A stretch of DNA of 64,000 bases from Amphiscolops sp. MND2022 (GCA_964187785.1 OZ076418.1:16554001-16618000); one strand, 5' to 3'. Numbered from the stretch's first letter, positions 37,998-50,462 are shown. Made by a program: numbers and translations. The notes: a model not told the origin generated them from the sequence alone.

Positions 37998-38527
37998 AAC
38001 AAGACGGGAACGTCTCAAGTCGGCGCCATATCTAAGGCTCAAAAAGCTCAAACTTTTTGGAATTGTAAAAGGGGGGGACCTTTTGGGTTTTTTGAAAAAA
38101 AAGAAAAATCGAAAAATAAGAATTTTGAGCCAGTCTCATAGTGCCGAAAAACTTGAAAGGGGAGACCCTTTGGGCTTTTTGAAACTTCAATTTGCTGTAA
38201 AATATCGAAAAACTTGAAGGGGGGACCGTTTGGAGACAAAAAAAATTTCGAAAAAAAGTCGCACAGTGCCGAAAAAAACTCAAACCCTATAGTCTCGTCC
38301 TGTTTTGTATCTTACGATAAAATGGAGTAACTGAAAGGGGGACTCTTGGCACTATCCTAAATGCCCTCCCCGTTTGCCTTTGCCGGTCCAGGGTCCAGTA
38401 GTTTAGTACTGTATTTAGTAGTTGAACGTTAATTTTAAGGTTCGTCGCTTCGAGTCTGTCTTAAAGAAAAAAAAACGAGTGACTGTAATAGTCGGGCTCT
38501 TTTATTTATAAAAGCGCCGACTAAAAA
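37998..38527 (-). mobile_element. HINE/DINE-1-like element
   Basis: AACAAGACGGGAACGTCTCAAGTCGGCGCC at one end and AGTCGGGCTC...AAAGCGCCGACTAAAA at the other. Confidence 0.72.
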
Positions 38528-39025
38528 CGATGCCAAGAAAACTTCAATATTCCGAGAATAAACAGCACAAAAGGAATAACATTTAATTGTAACCGCAACT
38601 CATGAGTTTAACGATAGAGTCACGTTCAACAATTAACAATACAGAACTATAACATGGCAGTCCTCACAACTAATAAGCTCAAAGTACAGAATAAAGCTAA
38701 TTAGGCAACGAGACACACTCGGGCAGTTTACGCTAGTTAGAGTAGTGCCTGCCTGACATACAAAATTACACTTTAACTGCATCGAAGATATAAGTAGCAC
38801 CTGGTCTATTTGATTTTCATCATTTTCATCATAATCAAAAGCAGAGCTGCTTATCCAACCAACTTTATTGAGGAAATTAACTTTTTTATTACTCATAAGA
38901 GCAAGATTTTCGAATAGATTTGGTAGTCTGGACAAAGATGTAGAAAACTTAACAGCCAAATGGTTTTAAAAATCAAATTGATTGATTAGTCCATATTTCC
39001 GACATCCGATTGTCCATGGAATATA

Positions 39026-39608
39026 CAAAGTGTTTTTTTTAGTTGTCACACTTTTTAATTGCAATAACTTCCCTTGACGTGGAGCTAGAAATACGAACTT
39101 TTGCATGTGTCGAGCTAAGATAATAGAAGAGCGTTTGTGTTAACATGAAACGATTACTAACGTTACCTCGTTTCACAACATGTGAAAGAATTTTACTTCC
39201 GATTCAAAAACCGCCGTGATAAAATACCACTTTGCACAATGCTTTCTCATGCAGAAAACGTCTTTCTGTTGGAAAGTTTTTACAAGACTGGAAGCGTTAA
39301 GCTTACACAGAACGAGTTTGACGATATTCGAGGCGATACAGGTCTATTTTTGCGAGTTTGGGCGAATCTGTTACACCGTTGCAAATTGGTGGTGGAAAAA
39401 CACGGTGAACACATTGAGCCGCTTTCTAAAACCCAGCGAAAAATTTAACTATCTGTTACGGTTGAAGTAAATTGAATTGAAGCAATTTTCTGTTATAGGT
39501 CTTTCTTCTGTTATCTTGGCTTCATGCGTGCAAAATTTCATCTTAGTAGCTTAACTGGTCAACGAGATATTTAAAAACAAAAGTGTGACAACTAAAAAAA
39601 ACACTTTG
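39026..39608 (+). mobile_element. Internally deleted Tc1/mariner-superfamily element
   Basis: About 30-bp TIRs CAAAGTG(T)8AGTTGTCACACTTT and TA TSDs (39024-25, 39609-10). The remnant ORF joins an HTH-like N-terminus (ENVFLLESFYKTGSVKLTQNEF) to a transposase-like C-terminus (RVWANLLHRCKLVVEKHGEHIE). Confidence 0.85.
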
Positions 39609-39924
39609 TAGAAGGCCTGTTGTGTTTAGATTTACAACGAACACCGAATTTATATCTTTAAAAGTTTTCATATATTCTAGCAACTCTAGCTTCTTAAAAT
39701 TCACAAAATACCAAAGTCCAAAGTGGTAAGTAGTACACGAGTTCTATTTGATTTGTCTTTCAAAGAAGACAAGAAATTGGTTACAGATCAAACTTCAGAC
39801 AACTCTTCAAATAAATGAACTATAACCTTCTGGAGTGATCAAATAACTTTAGAAAATCTCTTTGTCAACAGAGATGGGTGATTTTGGAACTGGTTTTCCA
39901 CGACAGCTGTTCACCTCGAATTTA

Positions 39925-40283
39925 TTTTTAGTCGGCGCCTTTTCCCTTAAGGAAAAAAGCCCGACTCTTACAGTGAGTAGTTTTTTTTTCAGTTGACAAT
40001 CTCACTCTGAGTGGTCCACTTTCTTACAATTTTTGTTCATCTTTCATATTTGTTCATCTTTCATCTTCGACCCAGCCGGAGAGCGTGGGTTCGAATCCCG
40101 CACTAAACCATAAATTTTTTAATGAGTTTTTCGGCATTGTGCGACCTAAAAAATATTTTTTTTCGAAAAAAAATCAAAATTTTTTTTGAAAAAATTTTTT
40201 TTTCCAAATTTTTCCAATAGTTGTTCCTTGAATATTTTTGAGCCTAAGATATGGCGCCGACTTGGGACGTTCCCGTCTTGTTT
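39925..40283 (+). mobile_element. HINE/DINE-1-like element
   Basis: TTTTTAGTCGGCGCC...GCCCGACT at the 5' end; GGCGCCGACTTGGGACGTTCCCGTCTTGTTT at the 3' end. Confidence 0.72.
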
Positions 40284-41269
40284 CTATATACAGTTTTTGC
40301 CTGAGCGCGATATTACGATTAATTGAACGATGATAATATCCGATGTTGTGACATCCTTACTCAGTCTGATATTGTTTCTAGGCCTACAGTAAAGGTTTTC
40401 CGTGTATTTGAAGACAATTGGTGTGTTCGTACTCAAGAGAAACACAGGGCTTGCGATGAAAAATTCCCTTTGGAGAATTAGCTGACTTTGAAGAGCTCTA
40501 ACTTGGACCTCAATGAAAGAATCAACCCAGGAATAAGTGCTTCTCCCCACATCGCATCCTAGTTACCGATTTATTTCAAAAATGTTCTAGTTTTCAACAC
40601 GGATTAATAACGTTTTCGGGGACCCTGCTAAAATTCCAATGTAAAATTCATGCCAGTGACAGGCTGACGGTTCGAACGCCTTAGCTACTAGAATCAGCCT
40701 TTACATCAACCATGAGATAATACACTGCGATTCGGATCATAAACAAATGGGCAGAACGTGAGAAACAATCCCTTCGAAATCGAATAACATCTTTATCAAA
40801 CTGTCTTTTTTAAACCAACGGTGTGATTGATTTTCTTATTTCACCGCAACTGAAGTGAAATCCAACATTGCACGATTTGGCGCGTTACTCAAATTTATCA
40901 CCTCAATATTTCTGTGGAGCGCGGAAAAAAATTGAGTTTTCATGGTTTTCGAAACTTCTACTCGTTGCGTTATTTTTTTCGGTTTCTCGTATTCTCGCTT
41001 TCATAGCTGATTTCGGCTTAAGAAAAAGTAGTTGGCCTGCTGAAGGCTCTTTTTAGCACTGTGAGACTTTACCGAAAACGATTTAGAGAAAATTAAATTT
41101 CAAAAATTATTGTTTCTGTGTTTCCAGTTGGGGAAAATGTGGTAGAAGCAGTAGATTACAGTAGTTGGCAGAGTACGTACCAAAAAAGTCTGAACTTTTG
41201 TTTTTCTATCATTAACCAAAAATAGAACAATTGTTTACTTAAGTCAATAACAAGCAGTAGTTTTCTAAC

Positions 41270-41311
41270 CTCGCTGTTGCCGAAACAGAAAACTGTTGCC
41301 ACGAAGAATCC
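41270..41311 (-). CDS. Class B (secretin-family) GPCR, 42-bp TM7 exon
   Basis: TTTCCAG|GFFVATVFCFGNSE|GTTAG. Matches the GFFV..YCF.N.E motif and the conserved 42-bp phase-0 exon of class B GPCRs. Confidence 0.9.
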
Positions 41312-43281
41312 CTGGAAACAAACGAATAAAACTTTAGAAATCAAATCAATTGTGAATTTTAACGCATTATGAGCCTTATAAAGACAACGCTTCATAATTT
41401 TTATTTAACATTCCCGTTCCAAACTTGAGAAAAAACTCAGATTTAATGTTTCATCATTGTCTGAACTGAAAAAAATAGTATTCAGGAAAATTGTTCAACG
41501 GAGGAACCGAGTTTAATGGTTAATTTTTCCTTCTTTTTTACAGTGATCAGGAAAGTTTTATGCTAACAACAAACCTTTTATTCCGAGTTGGACCGAAAAC
41601 ATTTTTTTTCTTTTCATCTTTTTTTTACATGCATTACATCGATCCATATGAGACCGTTTCAACATACTTGCATATTTTCTGATTCCTTCTTTGAAAATTT
41701 AATCGTATTTTTGTAATCGTTTCATCTACAGCTTCATGTATTTACAGTTATAAAAATTATAGAATAACCTAAATTATGCTATCGAATTGAAGAGTTCAGT
41801 CCTCATTTTGTAATCTGTTTTTTCGTTAAAAATGATAATATGAAATTTGTCATTAAATTATCATTAAAACCCGGAACTGTCAACTTTGTTTCAAACTCGG
41901 GGCAAATTTGGGCCCCGACTTATTAAAATTCTAGCTTGAAAGCCCGGATGCAATGATTATTTTCCAGCGGAAATTGAAATTTTGGACATCTGTCAAATTA
42001 GTTTGTCCCTTTTTCATCAATGTCATGAATTAGTCAAGCACATATTGCAAGTCCTGAAGGTTTGTCAAAATACGATCTAAAGGATTTCAATATCTCGCTA
42101 TACCCGGCATTTGGAAATTAGGAAGGAAATTCACTAGGGAAGGTAGAATCTAATTATCATAAAACGGAAGCCCGAAATGGAGAAAAGAATTCATTTCGTA
42201 TTCATGAAGAATTTGTTTTTTTTTGCTGAATTCTTTTTGAAATGTACCGTGGAGAAATACGCGTGATCTTTTTCAACCTAATTTGTTTTGAATAGAAATC
42301 TGCCAAAAGAAGCTTTTTTCTCAAAGGGTCGACAAATTTAAAAGGCTAAGTGAGCTTTTTCAAAAAATCTATTTAGAAAGGCGTAGCTTCGGATTTCATT
42401 GTGGTTCTTGCTCTAATTAAATTAGCATGAAACTCTTTTCAATTTGACGGCAGAGTTCTTTTGTCAGTTAGCCTAATTCTTTCTTCCTGTTCTCGGAGGT
42501 ATTTCGGTCTTTGACCTCTTCGATAAGTGTGGAAAAACAGCTGGTTTACAAATAAATACAAAAAAATCAAGCAGCTTTAATTTGAGTGGTGGTCATTTCA
42601 CCGCAAGTTCAATTAACACCATGCGGTTTCGCCACACGAGCAATTTAACAACGCTCAGCTACCCGTAATGTCATAATCCGTATTTAAAGATGTCTTTTGT
42701 ATTAATTGTGCTATCTTATATTAGGCAACGAAATGATTCTTAAGAACATTAACTTCAGTTGATATTGCAGACGTTAAAGCATAAAAATGTTTCGGGTAAC
42801 AAAATTTTTTGAAAGAATTTTCCAATCTCTAAGAATGTCTGTACCGTTTCAACACTTTTAGTTTGAGAAAGTGAGTTTATTGAGATACCTTGAAATAAAT
42901 GATTTTTTAATGGAGCACTTTAATAATTTGGAAGTCTCAGCGATGTTTCTTAGGACTAAGGTCTTCTGTCTAGGGAACCCAAGAAACTCCCTTGCTCAAG
43001 ATCGTGCTCTTTTGCTGGGCGTTGCTGTTGAAATGGCAACGGTGGAAATTCCATATATGGAATGTCATGTAACCGATGTCGACATAATCGTATTTGAACC
43101 ACGTTTCCTAATTGCTATTATATGGGAAATAAAAAACATGCTCTTGAAATCTTCTATTTATTCGAAAAATTTTCTCACATAATGAGATTCTTCGAATGTG
43201 TGCCCCCCTTTTGAAAGAGGCGGCGGGGGGGGGGGGCAGTGTTGGTTGTCCGGGGGGGGGGGGGGGGGTGGGGTGACTCAC

Positions 43282-43417
43282 CTGGAAGGACTGGAGACAT
43301 GCCTGTACTATGCCAAGTACTATGTGGGCATCCGAGTCCTCTTGTGGCATCCACAGAGTGATAACTGTATGCACCCCGAAGAGAGGCGACAAAAAGATGA
43401 TTGCTTTTGCACTTTTT
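43282..43417 (-). CDS. Class B (secretin-family) GPCR, TM6-ECL3-TM7 exon
   Basis: TTTCAG|(R)KSAKAIIFLSPLFGVHTVITLWMPQEDSDAHIVLGIVQACLQSFQ|GTGAGT. Starts in phase 2 and ends in phase 0, as in CRF/calcitonin-type receptor genes. Confidence 0.9.
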
Positions 43418-43862
43418 CTGAAACACACAAACACCACTGTAGTAGTTGAAAGATGGATGAATCATAAGGAACATTGCTGCTGAGGAAATTATGGTTCTTT
43501 ATGGACTCAATAGCTGATCAAAAATGATAATGGAGAAGGAAATGAGTATTTTCATAAATGAGTATTTTCATTTGTGAATGAGCATTTTACACTATTGATC
43601 CTAAAAAATCTGGACCACCATTTTAAACCAGTTTTATCAAGCACAATTAAAGTCGCAAGCACTTAATTTATAATCGTGTCACAAATAGGGCCTGGAGCAG
43701 TTTAAAAAAGCTTTAATCGATTAATCGGCTCAAATTAATCGATTAATCGGTTAATCGACCTTTCACAAAACACGATGTAATGACACAAATTTTTGTAAGA
43801 TTTTTAGTTTTCCAGTAGCTTTAACAATACATAAGATTGCTCCACTACCACTCAATTAAACC

Positions 43863-45190
43863 CGTAGGTACCATGCACGAGACAAGGACTGGCTGAGTAT
43901 CTACATAAATTTATATTAACTTCAACCGCAAAGAAGAATCAATACAATTGAAGACGGTGGGAGTAAGTGTGACTAAGAAATCACGTTCTTTGACTATCTT
44001 TGCTATCAGGTCTCTTTCTCGGGGGTTTGTCTCGCTACTCTTATGCTGTTAAAAATACGAGGGGGTCTTTTCGCGAATGAAAAGAGCAGTTTGAACATCA
44101 ATTAATACAAAATAATAAAATAAGACAATTAATAGACACAAACACAATTTCACAACCACGAATAATAGAATGTACTATGAGGTAACATCGATAAATACGG
44201 TGAATATTACGGCTAATACTAGAAGGCATATAACACAGACAATTAATAAGCAGGGTTCTAGCAAGGTGTTGATTTTGGTTATCCGTGAGGATAGGGAGTG
44301 ATATCAGTAATATATCGAATAAAGCAACTCGCCGCAAATCTCTATCGGTCTTGGAGTGAAAGCAATTGTATCCTAACGACGGTCTTGGAGTCCAACACCT
44401 CACGCACGATTAAGAGTACAAGAATGTTCAACGACGGTCTTGGATTCTCACCTCACGCACGATTGAACAGGGTTCGAGAACGGGTGCCACAACGGAGGTC
44501 TTGGAGTCACCTCACTCGCGATTGCAACGGTTTGTTCCAACGACGGTCTTGGAGTCTCACCTCACGCACGATTGGAACGCTTCAACGAAGGTCTTGGCGT
44601 TCCACCTCACTCACGATTGAAGCTAAGGATTTTGAAGAAGGTCTTGGAGTTCCACCTCACTTACGGCAAAATCCTGTTCCGAAGTTATCTCAACACAAGG
44701 TCTTGGAGTTCCACCTCACTTGTAGCTGCAGATAAAAATCGCCGACACAACAATAAGTCAAACTGTTCTCTAGGTTTTAACTCACGGTGTGTGTCTCTGA
44801 ATTGACACACACTTCGGCCAAAGTTACTTTTTCGGCACTTTAGTCATTTACGTATCCGTAATTTGTCATCTTTCCTTTTTGGGGGCCTGACTAAGTGTTG
44901 AGCAAATCAGTTTTCCTTACTTCGGTACTGAAGATTCGTCAAAAGTACATTTTCTCATCACGAGTCGGTCCTAGTTCCACCTCCTTGTCAATCATGACTG
45001 GTGGTTTTACTTCGTTTTCAATAGAATTTAAGGGGCGGTGTTACTGACTCAGTTTTTCCCACTTTTGTAAGCACGACTAGAACTTCGGCTTACTGATTGA
45101 CATTTGCACTTTTTGCCAGGTCTATTTTTCCCACAAGGTTCCTGACAACTCTCTCCAGCTAAATCTGGCTGAAGGAAATAGTTTCCTACA
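43863..45190 (-). mobile_element. Probable solo LTR
   Basis: Minus-strand termini TGTAGG...CCTACG (one mismatch from CCTACA) and an internal repeat array. No TSD found. Confidence 0.5.
44347..44722. repeat. Array of 8 about 30-bp repeats with variable spacers
   Basis: GGTCTTGGAGT(T/C)CCACCTCAC(G/T)CACGATTG starts at 44347, 44381, 44436, 44497, 44545, 44590, 44640 and 44699. Confidence 0.9.
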
Positions 45191-47175
45191 ATTTACAATG
45201 ACATAAAAGGTGAATTTATTTTATGTCCTGAAAAGTCGATTTTCGTGTTACACATTCTGAGGGCAAAAACTAGATGTTCTGATCACCGGGATTCAGAACC
45301 TAGTTTACTAGTTGAAAGTCCAATTCAAGTGCTACAAAAGCTTGCTTCATAGTTTTCTTTCTATTTCAACTTCTTCATGGTGAAAAACGCCTTTAAAGTT
45401 TGGGAGTCAAAAATCACCCGTCGGTTTTAACGCAAATCTCAACTTTGGAGTGCTAGTACTCAGTCAATTTGAAAGATACAGGCTGGGGGCTTAAATACAT
45501 CGTTAGTCCAAGCCAATAGGAGTATTTTTCACTTTAGATGAGGTCTCTATCTTTTCTCAACAAAGTTTGATAGTACTTTTTCTGAAAGTAGTCATTTTCC
45601 CGATTTTTATGTCTGGACTCTCAACTTTGGAGGACAATATCTCAAAACTAGGGCATTTTTCGGAAAAACGCTTCTCCTAAACGTTGTGCGCCTGGGTCTT
45701 GTGCGTCTACCCTGAAAGTTTCAGCTTGATACCGCCCAAAACGTGCGGCGGGGGGGTTAGCATTTTGGTAGGTCGACATCCCTATCGGTAGAAAGAAATC
45801 ACAACTTTAAATTCTTGGGGGTTCTTCGCTAGCGTGCCGCAGCACTCTATTTATTATTCTATTCACTCCTCCACTTCAATTCTCAAGTACGCTGTGAAGG
45901 GGGCGGCTATTGTGCGCTTACTCGTTGAGTACTAAGCGATAACATGCGAAAAACAGCTTTTTAGGTCATTTTAGGGATGTTTTTAACGTTTGTTGGCTCA
46001 GTTCTCAGAAACTACTGAATATTATTTATTTTCCATTTAACACAAGTTAGGGCATTCATTTATCTTTAATTTAGGCCATTTTCAAACCTTTTCTGACAAC
46101 TGTAGCGATCACACGAAAATTTCAAAGGAAACTCATTTTTGGAAAATCGTCAAAATTTTATACGCACTTATTTTCAAAGCTTCCCCCAATATGTTCTCGT
46201 CATTGCACGGGGCTCATATTCTCAACTTAAGCTCTCCTTTGGACGGGCTGTCGAATGCTGAAAACCGTTTGTTGATATCTTTTTCCAACTTCGAGAAATC
46301 GCGTTTTGATTTTTAGTTTGCATTAAGAGAGGGGGTAATTCCAAAGTGTGCGGCGGCCGTTTTCTTATTAGCTACGCGTACAGCCACTCACAGCACGTTC
46401 TAATTTTCATTCCTTTCGCTTTCTGCCACGCGTAGCTGAGTTGTATTCTATGCTGTTCACGCACACAGCGGAGTTTTCACTCTCGCTTACCCTCAAACAC
46501 ATGTATTAACATAGTAATTTGACTAAATTTCTATTCACAGTATTTTATGACTTCTAATGCTTTTTCTGTGGAAATTCGTTACTGAAAAGTTCTTAAATGT
46601 TTACTCAACACGTAGTCAGGTCAGAAAGGAACATTTTGGTGGTTTAATTTTTCTTATATTCGCAATAGGTATTGAGAAATTCAATGTTAAAGTTTCGTTC
46701 CGAATAGAATTTTCATACATAGTTCCGAGTGGTGGCGACCGTATTACTGCATTAATACGTTGCGCGGTCGCTTCATTGTAGCTAAGAATGGTTATTTTGG
46801 TTGTCAAAGGGACGGAATACAATAGTATTGACATTAAACAATAAGGCGAGGTACTTAAAGTACTTACTGTTATCCTAACTTTTATAGATATCACACCCGG
46901 ATCATCTACCTTGCTGAAGGCATAAAATTCAATAAACACCATCTTTCAGGCGAAAAAGTCAAAAATCCTACAATTTTCAATTTTCAAGATTAAATCACAA
47001 AAACTTCGAGTTTTTGTTTTAGAAAAGTACAGCCTCAGCAGTCGAAGTTTTTAGCGACATCCGTTTTGAACAGTAAATGTTTCCAAATGTACTGAAACTT
47101 CGTTCGGAACTAGCACTTGTAGCCGGAATTTGGAGACATTTTTGGGCAAGTTTACTGATACTCACTAAAAAACAA

Positions 47176-47902
47176 AAACAAGCCGGGAACGGCTCAAGTC
47201 GGCGCCATATCTAAGGCTCAAAAATAGCAAAAGGACTTCAATGTGTCAGGTATTCTCTTCTACAAAACACACGTGAAGAAAAAATAGAAAAAAAATTAAT
47301 TTTTTTTGAAATTTTTTTGATTTTTTTTGGTCCTCGGTAAGTCGCATAGTGCCGACAAATGTAAAAAGAAAAATAGGAAAAATAGGAAAAAATGAAGGGG
47401 GGACCCTTTGGAGACATTTGAAAAATTTGCGAAAAAAGTCTCACTAAGCCGAAAACAACTATTGGAAGCATTTGAAAAAATATATATATATTTTTAAAAG
47501 TATTCGGTTAAAGTCGCACAGTGCCGAAAAACCTAAAAAGAGGTCATTTAGGCCCATTAACCGTTTTTTACAAACCGAAAACTTCAAAAAAATGCAAGGG
47601 GTAACCTTTGATGATATTTGAAAATTTTCGAAAAAAGTCGCAGAGTGCCGACAAAAACCCAAAGGGGGGACCCTTTGGTCTCACCTGCTGTACTTTTGGA
47701 AGCATAAAAATATTATGGTTTAGTGCGAGAATCGAACCCCCGCTCTCCGGCTTCAGAAATCTAGTTGAAGATGAACAACAGAACAGATGAACAAATTGTA
47801 AAAAGTGGACCATTCAGAGTGAGATTGTAAGCTGAAAAAGAAAAACAAACTACCCACTGTAATAGTCGGGCTTTTTTCCTTAAGGGAAAAGGCGCCGACT
47901 AA
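47176..47902 (-). mobile_element. HINE/DINE-1-like element nested in the hAT element
   Basis: Same termini as the 39925-40283 copy, in opposite orientation. Confidence 0.72.
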
Positions 47903-47914
47903 CAACGTTAGATT

Positions 47915-47990
47915 GTCTCCAGTAGCTCAGTCGGTTAGAGCGCAGTCCTGCATTAAAGTGGTCACGGGTTCGAGTCCGGGCGGTGGTGTG
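47915..47990 (+). pseudogene. tRNA-derived sequence (pseudo-tRNA or SINE head)
   Basis: A-box TAGCTCAGTCGGTTAGAG and B-box GGTTCGAGTCC at tRNA spacing. Acceptor and anticodon stems do not pair. Confidence 0.65.
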
Positions 47991-48769
47991 TTTGTTCTTC
48001 ATTAATCGAATAATTAAATTTAATCGAATAAAGTTTATTATTCGATTAATCGCCTAATCGATTAACTGCTCCAGGCCCTAGTCACAAATACTTTGTATAG
48101 CTGTGTCACTAAAACTCAGCGTTGTTTCTGTTTTTTTAGAACATTTTTAATGCACACTACAGGCACTTTACTTTGTCTAGAAAAATTGTCTTGAAATTTT
48201 CAGCATAGTTTCCGATGATCTTTCAGGGTAAGTTCACGGTCATTAACGTTTCGTCTCGACTGTTGATAATGTTCCTTTTCGACACACTTTAGATTGAATA
48301 TACATATCTGGAAGATTGCAAAAAAATGTATCAACTGGCAATAAAAGATGGCTTGATAACTGTAACACATGATTCAATAAAAGCGTAGACTCCAAGTAAC
48401 TGCAAAATGTCAGCGATGCCCACTTTCAAAAAAGTATGAAAAGTGAGTTGGTTACTAAAAATTACAAAAACATTTGATGAGTTTTTACCCGCGCTTGAAA
48501 ATTTACTCTTTGAATAACTTGGTAAAACACTTGGTAAAACACAAAAAACACTTGGTAAATATTAGCACATATTTTTAGTAGCCAACTCAATTTCCGATTG
48601 TATTCTTTTCATGTTTTTCGAAAGTGTGAAAGTAGAGACAGTTGCAGATAACAAATGTTTTGTAATTTTCATCCCAAGTGAAAGTGAATGGTTTTTGTCG
48701 CAAAAATTTTTTTGATATTATTTGGTGTGAATGTATGTCTAGGTTCGTCATTCCTCACAAAACTCATGC

Positions 48770-49085
48770 AGAAATCCAGAGTACATGAGAGAAAACATTC
48801 ACTGAAACTCTAGAGATGATTTTAATCATACATACATGCGGACATGGTATATAGAGCACCATACACATGACTATACTTGAATTTATCAAAATACATGGAA
48901 AGTTGACTTGATTTTGAAAAGTAATTTTAAGGCTGAATCCGATTGGTGACCCGGATTTGAATTCATAAGGCTTCCATGGAATTTCATGCATGAAACCATA
49001 TGATCATCATAATTCCATGCGATTCCATGCATGGAACCATGACACCGATAATTTTCGTGCGTTTTCATGAATGAAACCATATGGT
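48770..49085. repeat. CATG-rich low-complexity interspersed repeat (similar patches at about 325-470, 34760-34850 and 35685-35820)
   Basis: Dense CATG/CCATG/CATGC motifs. Confidence 0.5.
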
Positions 49086-50462
49086 CCTACGGAACATACG
49101 GGACCTACGGAACATACCAGAACCTATGTGGTGTTTCGTATCGAACTTAATGAAATCTCTAAATAACAGTTATGATAACGTGGTCAAAAGCTACACCGAT
49201 TGTCAAAATTGAAGGTTTTTTGTTTTTGTCTCTTTTAGGTCTTTACGGATCTAATTTAAAGTCTTGAATCATATGCAGAATGTGTGCGGGTTCTTTGTTT
49301 TTCAATGAAGATCGAAGCTGTGTTTCAAATGCCAGAACACTTATACTGAGAACAAGTATTCTGGCCATTTTTCTAAAATCACGCTTCTAGATGTATTGTT
49401 TTTTCTGAAGCTTATATTTTTCGGCTTATCAACAGTTGATGATAAGTTGCGGGATGCAAGATGGCTGTAGCAAAATGCTTGCTTTGTAGTATCTTCCCGT
49501 TTCTTTAGAGAAACTGACATAACAAGTTACATTAAAATAAACAAGGGCCTTTTCAAATGCAGAAAGTTTCGTTTTTGTGATCAACGGATTAAATTGTCAG
49601 TTTATACTGCCCTTATAGAAAGAGAATAGAAAAATTTCTTCTTGCACCCAATAACAGTTATTCCAAATGAATATAGCTACTATTCTGCCCGTATAAGCCC
49701 CGAATCAGTTTTGGAGTTTTCCGTGCTTCACTTCATATGGCAGCGAATCTTCAGGATTCCCCGGGAAAGATAACAGGGTAACACAAAAGAGCCAAAGTAT
49801 ATACTCAGCGCAAAATATTTTGAAAGTATTAGCCAAGAGCTTACATGTTGTTACATGTTGTCACATATTCTGTTAACTATTGAAAGCCTTGATACGATCT
49901 GATTCATAATTACTTCACAAGAACCTGTTAAATTTCCGAAAGTGAATCTAGAGAATCTAGGTGAAGATAAATAAATAAATAAATAAATAAATAAGTCAAA
50001 TAAATAAATAACTTGCAAATCAAGCATCAATACTGTTGACAACCACTTTACTACTGTTCGCAGAATCAGCTAGCTAGACTATCAGCAATTCAAGTGTTGA
50101 ATATGTGACAACAAAAAGTATTGAATTTCAAGATCTGATAATTTGATTGCTATTCACGAGTCTGAAAACAAGTTTTAATTTCCACGAGTCCGAAAGATTG
50201 CTGAGCTCTTTTGTTGTATCTTACATGTATTAAGATACGATTTTGAAATATAGCCACTTAAAACAAGCTCGTACTAATACAATTTACAATATTTTCGAGA
50301 AAAAATAATTTGTCAGATTCGAAATGTTTGGGAGAATTTTTCTGTCAAAATTATTTTGAAATCAAAAAATTTTAAGTGGGTCAAAAATTCAAAAAACTTA
50401 AAAAATGATGTTTTCGAAATCGCTCTCGAGCAATGAAATGAGCGCGTGAGACGTTATTTAGC

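Larger units (their letters stand above)
43686..48080. mobile_element. Non-autonomous hAT element with nested insertions
   Basis: 17-bp TIRs TAGGGCCTGGAGCAGTT / AACTGCTCCAGGCCCTA. Perfect 8-bp TSD GTCACAAA (43678-43685, 48081-48088). Subterminal TTAATCG(A) repeats at both ends. Confidence 0.93.

Noticed and set aside
40284-40550. Candidate GPCR helix-8 exon (VQVRALQSQL...)
   Set aside because: The acceptor would be a weak GAG and there is no helix-8 consensus. Other C-tail candidates (about 37800-37960, 34100-34160) are equally unsupported.
43198-43449. Gly-rich plus-strand ORF
   Set aside because: Produced by the intronic G-tract and antisense to the GPCR exon.
44347-44722. CRISPR array
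   Set aside because: Eukaryotic context, degenerate repeats, irregular partly homologous spacers and no cas genes. It lies within a probable LTR.
45190-47160. Additional DNA transposon within the hAT element
   Set aside because: It looks repeat-like, but I could not find matching TIRs, a TSD or coding remnants.
47915-47990. Functional tRNA gene
   Set aside because: The acceptor stem (TCTCCAG vs GGCGGTG) and the anticodon arm cannot pair.
26597-50042. Numerous 60-145-aa ORFs in AT-rich intergenic or intronic DNA
   Set aside because: Phe/Lys/Ile-rich compositions typical of chance ORFs in repeats, with no domains or consistent splice structure.
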